Part shown: in pieces, positions 58,301 to 64,000 of the stretch
How positions within the stretch are numbered: the stretch's first letter is position 1
How the letters are laid out: each line of letters begins with the position of its first letter
NCBI GenBank assembly: GCA_003151975.1
Contig: PLZD01000067.1
Span: 1,143 to 65,142 of the forward strand
DNA: 64,000 bases
Source of the DNA: Elusimicrobiota bacterium
Lineage (GTDB): Bacteria; Elusimicrobiota; Elusimicrobia; UBA1565; UBA9628
Direction: 5' to 3'
Translations under genes and position numbers: made by a program
Notes under the pieces: generated by a model
Told to the model about the DNA's origin: nothing
Databases searched by the model: none
What the model saw: only the letters and a program-made list of their open reading frames with translations

Positions 58301-58856
58301 TCTCGAGGAAAAAGGCGCCGGGCTCGAGCTGGTCGCGGTACCAGCAGGCCAGCTTCTCGGCCTCGACGAGATTTCCCGCGAGTATGAGCTGCGAGAGCTC
58401 CGACTTGAGACAGCCCGAGAGCACCACGAGACCCTTGCCGTGCTTGGCCAGCAAGTCCTTGTCGGCGCGCGGATCGTAGTAATAGCCCTCGAGAAAGGCG
58501 GTCGTGGCCATCTGCATCAGATTCTGATAGCCCTCGAAATTGCGGGCCAGCACGGTCAGGTGGCAGTTTTCCTTTTGGGAGTGGCCGCGGTCGGTCAGTT
58601 TGCCCTTCGAGAAATACATCTCGCAGCCGATGATCGGGTTGATGCCGACTTTCTTGCAGTTCGTGTAGAACTCGATGGCCCCATACATGTTGCCGTGGTC
58701 GGTCAGGGCCATGCCCTTGGTCCCTTCGGCGGCGAGCCGCTTCAGGAGTTCTGAAGGCCCGCCGGAATGATCCGAGATGCGGATGATGCCGTCCATCAGC
58801 GAGTACTCGGAGTGGTTGTGGAGGTGGACGAATTCGGCTTTACCGCTGGCGGACAT
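55332..58856 (-). CDS. dnaE: DNA polymerase III subunit alpha
   Basis: 1174 aa; PHP domain FVHLHNHSEYSLMDG; polymerase core; OB fold. Confidence 0.95.
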   Translation of the reverse strand: MSASGKAEFVHLHNHSEYSLMDGIIRISDHSGGPSELLKRLAAEGTKGMALTDHGNMYGAIEFYTNCKKVGINPIIGCEMYFSKGKLTDRGHSQKENCHLTVLARNFEGYQNLMQMATTAFLEGYYYDPRADKDLLAKHGKGLVVLSGCLKSELSQLILAGNLVEAEKLACWYRDQLEPGAFFLEIMDHGLDKQKQVLKALLELHERTKIPLVATNDCHYAKPDDVDAQDARVCIATGRKIDDPANTRLKFEGKDYYVKSADEMHKIFSFCPESLTNTLKIQEMCHLQIPMDQMLLPEFTVPEGFNQDTYLEELCLKGLKERMGEIAPAYRERLNYELGVIRKMGFSGYFLIVWDFIKHARSIGVPVGPGRGSGAGALVAYSLRITNIDPIVNRLLFERFLNPDRKSMPDLDIDFADTGRDRVIEYVRNKYGASNVAQIITFGSLGAKLVVRDVGRVMNVPLSETDRIAKMIPGGPNVTLHEAMKGPEMMEAAKDPQIKRLLELSLKLEGLKRHTGVHAAGTLITKEPVVKYSPLAKGSKSDVVTTQYDGDVCPKLGLLKVDFLGLRTLSIIDDAVKFIHARRDPKFDIDALPLDDIKTFELLRSGKALAVFQLDSSGMRDLLFRLKPSHFDDIVSLIALYRPGPMQSGMLDMFVERKHGKKKIAYDHELLEPILKDTYGCIVFQEQVMEISKKLADFTPGQADGLRKAMGKKIPEELEKMRDTFVSGAAKHKISGKLANKVYDQLVQFGGYGFNKSHSAAYGLVAYQTAWLKANYPLEFMAAVATSEIGHSSIGNEDKENKLVTYLEEAKAMGITILPPDVQTSGARFTIEDPNSIRFGLVAIKNVGAGAIDFLIKARADGPFKDLEDFCARIDLHAANKKVLESLVKAGAMDSLASGLTPAHIRAKLLARMEDAVDRQAAIREDKQHGQELLFETPSAAPSQSSSSSDDGVAPLSEHDVLNFEKEVLGFYFSGHPLLGVKEKLKAAATSEIAALSPAKLDTNQKVRLAGLMVQVKRMVTKSKGEQMAKARLEDLSGEIDLLIFPKAYASGLDKQLKVGSIVCVSGRLSFRGEGPESPAEMIVEEIMPVDMAVLRYGRKLRLKAPGGLEDAALERLRMAFASHPGNCPVSIELATPEGDAVLDTDQKVRLDQNLLESIETILGEKSWRIESAS

Positions 58857-58883
58857 GTCGCTTAGCTGTTATAATTCGTTTGC

Positions 58884-59456
58884 TTGGAAAAGAAATCCGA
58901 TAAGCACCTGATCGAAAAACTCGTGCGAAAAAACCCGGTCTACCGGGGCAATTCCGTCGATTTCTGCGTCGACGAGATCCTTCTTCCCAACGGCCGCAAG
59001 GCGGTCCGCGAGTACCTCGACCACCCCGGCGCCGTCGGCGTCGTGCCCTTCCTGGACGAAAAAACCGTGGTCCTGGTGCGTCAATACCGCTACCCGGTCG
59101 GCGAGGTGACCTTGGAGCTGCCCGCCGGAAAGCTCGACGACGGCGAGAACATCCTGGCCTGCGTCAAACGCGAGCTTCACGAGGAGACCGGCTATACCGC
59201 CAAGCGCATACGGCCGCTGCTGCAGTATTGGCCGACTCCCGCCTTCGCCAACGAGGTCCTGCACCTGTTCGTCGCCGACGGGCTCACGCCCGGGGCGCTG
59301 CATCCCGACGAGGATGAATTCATCGAGGCCGTCAAAATGCCCTTTCAGAAGGCGCTCGACCTCGTGCTGAAGGGAAAAATCAAAGACTCAAAGACCGTCA
59401 TCGGGCTGCTCGCCTGCGCGGTCGGGCCGCGCGCGTCTCGACGGAGAGCGCGATAA
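58884..59456 (+). CDS. Nudix hydrolase (ADP-ribose pyrophosphatase-like)
   Basis: TTG start (alternative GTG 58920); Nudix box GKLDDGENILACVKRELHEETGY. Confidence 0.85.
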   Translation: MEKKSDKHLIEKLVRKNPVYRGNSVDFCVDEILLPNGRKAVREYLDHPGAVGVVPFLDEKTVVLVRQYRYPVGEVTLELPAGKLDDGENILACVKRELHEETGYTAKRIRPLLQYWPTPAFANEVLHLFVADGLTPGALHPDEDEFIEAVKMPFQKALDLVLKGKIKDSKTVIGLLACAVGPRASRRRAR

Positions 59457-59476
59457 GGGATTCTACCAAATAATTA

Positions 59477-61540
59477 ATGACCCCGGAAGAAATCCCGGCT
59501 TGGGAGCCTTTCCTTAAAAGGATACAGCTGTTCGCCGGCCTCTCCGGCCCGGACTTAGCTCGGATCGCCGCGCGCCTGCAGACCCTCTCCTTGCCGAAGA
59601 ACTCGCTTTTGTTCTCGCAGGGCGACGAGAGCGACTCGCTCTACATCGTCGTCTCGGGCCAAGTTCGCATCATCAACACGAGCAAAGGGGAGGAAACCGT
59701 GGCCGCGATACTGGGCCGCGGCGAGATGCTCGGAGAAGGCGGCGTGCTCACCGGCGAGCCGCGCACGACCACCGTGCGGCTGGCGACCACTTGCGAGTTT
59801 CTGAAGCTCCCGCGCAAGGATTTCGAGGAAGTGCTGCGCGAAAATCCCGCGATCCTGCTGCACCTCTCGCGCCTGGTCACGATGCGCCTCATCGAGTCCA
59901 ATCGTCCTCAGAAAAAGCCGCAGACCGCCAACGAGCTGGTCGCATTGAACGCCGCCTTGAATCGCCCCGACCGCCTGCTGCTGGCGGTGCATATGGGTCT
60001 CGAGCTCATGGAGCAGACCCGGCGCCGCGTTTTGCTCGTCGACATGAACCCCGACGCGGGCGCCATCGCTAGAGCCCTGGGCCTCAAGCCAGTGCTCGCC
60101 ACCGAGACCTCGATCCGCGAGATCAACCTGCGCGACCCCGGCCAGATTCGGACCTTGGCGCAGCAGCATCCGTCGGGCCTCGAGATTTTGTCATTGCCGG
60201 CGGCGACTCTAGGGGGCCGGCTCTATTCGGGCATCTATCTCTTCCTGAATTTTCTGCGCGAGGTGCACGATATCGTGCTCGTCTCTCTCTCGGGAGAGTT
60301 AGGAGATGTCGAGAAAAGCATATTATCCGAGGCGGACCAGGTTCTGCTGGCCGGCGCCGAGGGCACGCGGCCCCAATACCGCCAGCTGGAAGCCGAACTC
60401 GGCTCGCTGGTAGACCCCAAAAGGCTGCAGAGGCTTTGGCTTGGCGACGCGGAGCACGAGGACGTGGCCGCCGCCCTCTTGAGCGCGCCACCCGTCATCC
60501 TGCCGTGGTCGGAGGGCCTGGCCTCCGAGTTCGAGCGCTCGGGCTCGCCGTATAAGCCCATGGAGGCGCATCCCAAATCGCGCCTGGCTTTGGAGCGCCT
60601 GGCGCGCCGCATCGGCGGCGTCAAGGTGGGCTTGGCGCTGGGCACCGGAGCGGCGCTCGGCCATTCGCTGATCGGCATCTTGAAGGTCTTCAAGCGCGAG
60701 GGCATACCGATCGACATCATCGCGGGCACGTCGATTGGCTCCTTGATCGGGGGATTTGTCGCGCTGGGCATGGAGCCCGAAGAGATCGAGGACATGGCCA
60801 TCAAGATCGACAAGAGCTGGGTCTACGAGAACCTGTTCTGGGACTTGACCATCCCGCGCTCGGGCCTCTTCGCGGGCCACACGCTGCTGCGCTTCATTCG
60901 CTCCTATTTCGGCAGCAAGGAGTTCCATGAGCTCGAGCTGCCCTACGCGTGCGTGGCCTGCGACATCGAGACGGGCGAGGAGGTCGTGCTGCGCGAGGGA
61001 CGTGTCGCGGAATCCATCCGCGCTTCCTGCGGGCTGCCGCTCATATTCGCGCCGGAGCGCATCGGCGGGCGCTACCTCGTCGACGGCGGCCTCGTCAATC
61101 CCGTGCCGACCTCGGTCGTCTCCGACATGGGCGCCGACATCACGATCGCCGTCAACCTCACGATGCCGGCCTCCGACCGCCCGCGGCAGGCCCCGCGGGG
61201 CCGGCCCCACGGCCTGCTCAACACGCCCGTCGATCTGCAGCACTTGAAGGACCTGACCATGCCCGACATGCTCAAGGCCCCCAATCTCATGGATGTTTTC
61301 TTTCAGATGATCTACACGATGGAGTACGAAGTCGCGCAGAATCGGCTCGCGCTCGCGCACGTCGTGATCCATCCGGACCTCAAGGGCTTCTCGTGGACCG
61401 AGATGCACCGCGCGCGAGAGCTTATACGCGCCGGCGAGCGCGTGGCCGAGCAGTACGTCCCGCAGATCAAGGCCCTGATCCCGTTTTTCGCGGATTCCTG
61501 CAAAGTCCCGATCCGGCTGTCGAGTCCCTGGTCGCCCTGA
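59477..61540 (+). CDS. cyclic-nucleotide-binding domain / patatin-like phospholipase fusion
   Basis: 687 aa; cNMP-binding FSQGDESDSLYIVVSGQVRI...GEMLGE; patatin GTGAALG, GTSIG, DGGLVNPVP. Confidence 0.85.
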   Translation: MTPEEIPAWEPFLKRIQLFAGLSGPDLARIAARLQTLSLPKNSLLFSQGDESDSLYIVVSGQVRIINTSKGEETVAAILGRGEMLGEGGVLTGEPRTTTVRLATTCEFLKLPRKDFEEVLRENPAILLHLSRLVTMRLIESNRPQKKPQTANELVALNAALNRPDRLLLAVHMGLELMEQTRRRVLLVDMNPDAGAIARALGLKPVLATETSIREINLRDPGQIRTLAQQHPSGLEILSLPAATLGGRLYSGIYLFLNFLREVHDIVLVSLSGELGDVEKSILSEADQVLLAGAEGTRPQYRQLEAELGSLVDPKRLQRLWLGDAEHEDVAAALLSAPPVILPWSEGLASEFERSGSPYKPMEAHPKSRLALERLARRIGGVKVGLALGTGAALGHSLIGILKVFKREGIPIDIIAGTSIGSLIGGFVALGMEPEEIEDMAIKIDKSWVYENLFWDLTIPRSGLFAGHTLLRFIRSYFGSKEFHELELPYACVACDIETGEEVVLREGRVAESIRASCGLPLIFAPERIGGRYLVDGGLVNPVPTSVVSDMGADITIAVNLTMPASDRPRQAPRGRPHGLLNTPVDLQHLKDLTMPDMLKAPNLMDVFFQMIYTMEYEVAQNRLALAHVVIHPDLKGFSWTEMHRARELIRAGERVAEQYVPQIKALIPFFADSCKVPIRLSSPWSP

Positions 61541-61550
61541 GCGCGGCCCG

Positions 61551-63701
61551 CTAGCCCTGCGCGCCTTTGGCCTGCAGCCACTTGAGCACGTCGATGAACT
61601 TGTCCTCGGAATTATCGCGCGGCGGCTCGTCGGCCTTGAGTACCCGGTAGACCGCCAGCCAACGATCGCCCGCGTCGCGCTCGCCGTACTCGATGACGAC
61701 GCCGCGGCGCCAGAAATCGGAAAGGGCCTTCATGCCCGCCTCGGACAACCGCGGAATCTTGTGGGTCCGGGCCTTCTCGGCGAAGTTGATCAGGATGTAG
61801 TCGACGCCCGCGGCGCGCAGGCGAGCCGCCAACGCCGCGCCGTCGGCGCTCTGGTTGGCCCAAACTTCAAGGACCTCGGTCTGGTCGGAGGAAGCCGCCA
61901 GCGCTTGCCGCTCGAGATAGAACGCGCGCGGATCGCCGTAGACGAGCACTTTGGCTGACGGCGGCGTCGCGGCGTTGATATAGCCGATCCCCGCGTAGGC
62001 CGGCGTCGGGTACGAGATCTCGTGGTGCTCGAGGTACTGCGCGTAGCCGATGTCTCCGCGGTAGACGGCGAGCTTGCCGCGGTTGCCGTCGAAAACCGAC
62101 CACCAAAATCCGGTGGCGGAAAAAAGGCACACGCCCAACAGCAGGACGGCGTTGCGCAGCGCGCGCGGCTCGGCGCGACTGACGCCGCAGGCGACAGCCA
62201 AGGTGATCAGCGCCAGGTGCGGGATGAAGTACCGCGTGAGTTCGGAGACCAGGCTCAAGGGCACCCAGCAGCACAGCGCGGTCCAGGCCAGCAGGCGCTC
62301 CTGCTCGGTGGTCCCGCGGGCCAAGACCAGCGGCAGCAGGCAAAGCGCGAACGGGCCGATCGAGAGCGAGAGGTCTTCGGTCGACACGAGAAAGCGCCAC
62401 GGATGCCATGCGTAGTGCTGCAGGCCTTGAAGGCTCAGCAGCGACACGGAGGCTCCCGCGCCCGCGCTGCTCATCTGCCGCCAATCGGGCAGAAATGCCG
62501 AATTCGGCGAGAAGAATTCCTGAAAGAACGGGTAGATGGGATTGCCGTAGAGCCAGATGTTCTTTATGATCCACGGCGCGAGCATGACGCCGGCCGCCGC
62601 CAGGACCGTGGCGATTTCGCGCGCTTTCGCGCGGGGGGAAACGAGGAGGGCCGGCAGAAGCGCCAGCGGCAGCAGCCAAGCCTGGTATTTCGCGGCCATC
62701 GTAAGGCCGAGAAGACAGCCGGCGAGCGCCAGCCAGCGGCGGCGCTCGGGATCGTCGCCGGTCTTGGAGAGCGCCGCCAGCCACGCCGAGAAAAAGCAAA
62801 GCTCGAGCAAAGTCCACTCAAGGCCCACCGAGGTCCGGTAGCACTCGGCCGTGACGACCGGCGCGAAAAAAAATGCGGCCGCGGCCAGCGCTCCCGCTCC
62901 CGGCCGGCCGAGCCTTCCGGCGAGCCCGATGAAGGCGAGCGCGATCCACCAAATCATGCTCGCGTGCAGCAGCGAGGCTGACACCCCCCAACGATCGAAG
63001 GCGAGCGTCAGGCCATAGAGCATCTGCGGCAGGGCCGGTATGCCGGCATAGGAGTTCTCGGGCACGGCGAGTATGCGCCCGTGCTGGAGGTAAAGGCTCG
63101 GCAGCCACAAGTGATATTGAAGAGCGTCGTAGAAAGTTTCTGGGATCAGCGAATAGCGCGCCACGTAGCACCAGCCCGCGAGCAGAAGGCCCAGCGACCA
63201 GCGCTCCCAACTTGTGGGGCTCCCCACGCTTGCGGCCGCAGGCTCCGCGGCCGAGCGTCGCCAGTCGAAGACGGCCCAGGCAAGGCCGAGAGCTCCGAGG
63301 GCCTCGAGAAAAGGCTTGCGCCAGAGCCCAGCCAGACCGAGCAGGAGAAGGCCTGTCGCCCAGGCGCCGTAGCCGAGAGTGAAGCTCAAAGCCAGCTCCT
63401 CGCAATAGTTGTGGGCGCGCAGGCCGAGAACGCGAAGCAGGCGCCTTCCCGTGGCCGCTAAGACGAAGCTCAAAGCCGCCGTGAAGACGACGCGCTTGAG
63501 CTGAGCGAGCACAGCGGGCCATTGCGGCAAGCCGACGAGCGGTTCGGCAAGCCAGCGCGCTAGAGGGCCGGCCCAGGGCACGCCCGCCACGCGCGGGATG
63601 TAGGCGACGTTGACGGCCGTCCAGACGAGGAGCGCGGCCAGCCACCAAGGCCAGGAGCTCGTCGCGGGCGCGTCGGGGAGAGCGGGTTTCTTTCGGCTCA
63701 C
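61551..63701 (-). CDS. polytopic membrane protein, GT-C-like glycosyltransferase fold (ArnT/PMT-like), function unknown
   Basis: 716 aa; GTG start; at least 12 TM segments followed by a ~150 aa soluble C-terminal domain. Confidence 0.5.
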   Translation of the reverse strand: MSRKKPALPDAPATSSWPWWLAALLVWTAVNVAYIPRVAGVPWAGPLARWLAEPLVGLPQWPAVLAQLKRVVFTAALSFVLAATGRRLLRVLGLRAHNYCEELALSFTLGYGAWATGLLLLGLAGLWRKPFLEALGALGLAWAVFDWRRSAAEPAAASVGSPTSWERWSLGLLLAGWCYVARYSLIPETFYDALQYHLWLPSLYLQHGRILAVPENSYAGIPALPQMLYGLTLAFDRWGVSASLLHASMIWWIALAFIGLAGRLGRPGAGALAAAAFFFAPVVTAECYRTSVGLEWTLLELCFFSAWLAALSKTGDDPERRRWLALAGCLLGLTMAAKYQAWLLPLALLPALLVSPRAKAREIATVLAAAGVMLAPWIIKNIWLYGNPIYPFFQEFFSPNSAFLPDWRQMSSAGAGASVSLLSLQGLQHYAWHPWRFLVSTEDLSLSIGPFALCLLPLVLARGTTEQERLLAWTALCCWVPLSLVSELTRYFIPHLALITLAVACGVSRAEPRALRNAVLLLGVCLFSATGFWWSVFDGNRGKLAVYRGDIGYAQYLEHHEISYPTPAYAGIGYINAATPPSAKVLVYGDPRAFYLERQALAASSDQTEVLEVWANQSADGAALAARLRAAGVDYILINFAEKARTHKIPRLSEAGMKALSDFWRRGVVIEYGERDAGDRWLAVYRVLKADEPPRDNSEDKFIDVLKWLQAKGAQG

Positions 63702-63710
63702 GCGGTGACC

Positions 63711-64000
63711 CTAGCGCGCGGTCGTCGATCTGCCCGGTTCGTAGGATCCCAGAATGGTGTGAGCCGCGTCGAGATCGCCGGTGGCGATCTTGACGAACAC
63801 GTCCTTGAGCAGGGCGCGCTGGCGGTCGTCGGCGAGCAGAGCGCGGCTGTAAGCCAGGCTCGGGGCCAAGCGCTTGGCATAATCGTCGACGATGACCCGC
63901 CAGCGGGGCTTGACCGTGTTGAGCGCGGCCAGGCGATAGGGCGTGTTGACGAAGTCTTGAATATTTCGGCCGAGGTCCTTGCGCAGATTGCCGTTGGTCT
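63711..64000 (-). CDS. hypothetical protein, C-terminal fragment (window edge)
   Basis: Hand translation ...DYAKRLAPSLAYSRALLADDRQRALLKDVFVKIATGDLDAAHTILGSYEPGRSTTAR* ending at TAG 63711. Confidence 0.45.
   Translation of the reverse strand, partial: TNGNLRKDLGRNIQDFVNTPYRLAALNTVKPRWRVIVDDYAKRLAPSLAYSRALLADDRQRALLKDVFVKIATGDLDAAHTILGSYEPGRSTTAR

Overview
This is a high-GC (roughly two-thirds G+C), gene-dense bacterial chromosomal window. The organism is a diderm (it encodes a TolC-like protein, an AMIN-domain amidase and an outer-membrane beta-barrel), but I cannot assign a lineage by eye. I found no rRNA, tRNA, CRISPR arrays or mobile elements.

Positions 1-27813 form one co-directional plus-strand block. 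It holds the S10/spc/alpha ribosomal-protein operons from an rplC fragment through rplQ, including secY, adk, map, infA, rpmJ and rpoA. L30 is absent. Zinc-ribbon forms of S14 and L36 are present, and L24 also carries a Cys4 motif. The block then runs without a break into mreBCD-mrdA-rodA, an RNase E/G with a long N-terminal disordered arm, an AmiC-like amidase, murI, a coupled hypothetical gene, rho, ridA and a secreted hypothetical. The rho gene is notable because its OB-fold RNA-binding domain is replaced by a Gly/Gln/Arg-rich tail.

The centrepiece is a 9.07 kb ORF at 29030-38098 encoding a protein of about 3020 aa. It reads as a single-polypeptide fusion of what are normally separate subunits of the Bat (aerotolerance) / MoxR-partner envelope system. 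In order it contains a BatD-like periplasmic Ig domain, a BatA-like VWA domain, BatC-like TPR repeats with a (KGDQ)7 Q/K-rich tail, a second BatB-like VWA domain, about 1080 aa of HEAT-like helical sequence of unknown function, and a C-terminal DUF58 domain. It is ATGA-coupled to a MoxR AAA+ ATPase that unusually carries an N-terminal signal-anchor and an Ala/Pro-rich tether. A divergent orphan PAS histidine kinase lies upstream.

Also present are a beta-lactamase-fold lipoprotein, a LOG-family gene, an AtoE transporter, a second unusual envelope fusion (CPBP/Abi intramembrane protease joined to an HtrA-like trypsin and a PDZ domain, with a leader that shares sequence blocks with the megaprotein leader), dapA-dapF, and a minus-strand envelope block (TPR lipoprotein, secreted patatin, TolC-like, HAMP). 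The window ends with pfk and a LacD-type class I aldolase, an outer-membrane beta-barrel, a CheY-like response regulator, dnaE, a Nudix hydrolase, a cNMP-binding patatin phospholipase and a GT-C-like polytopic membrane protein.
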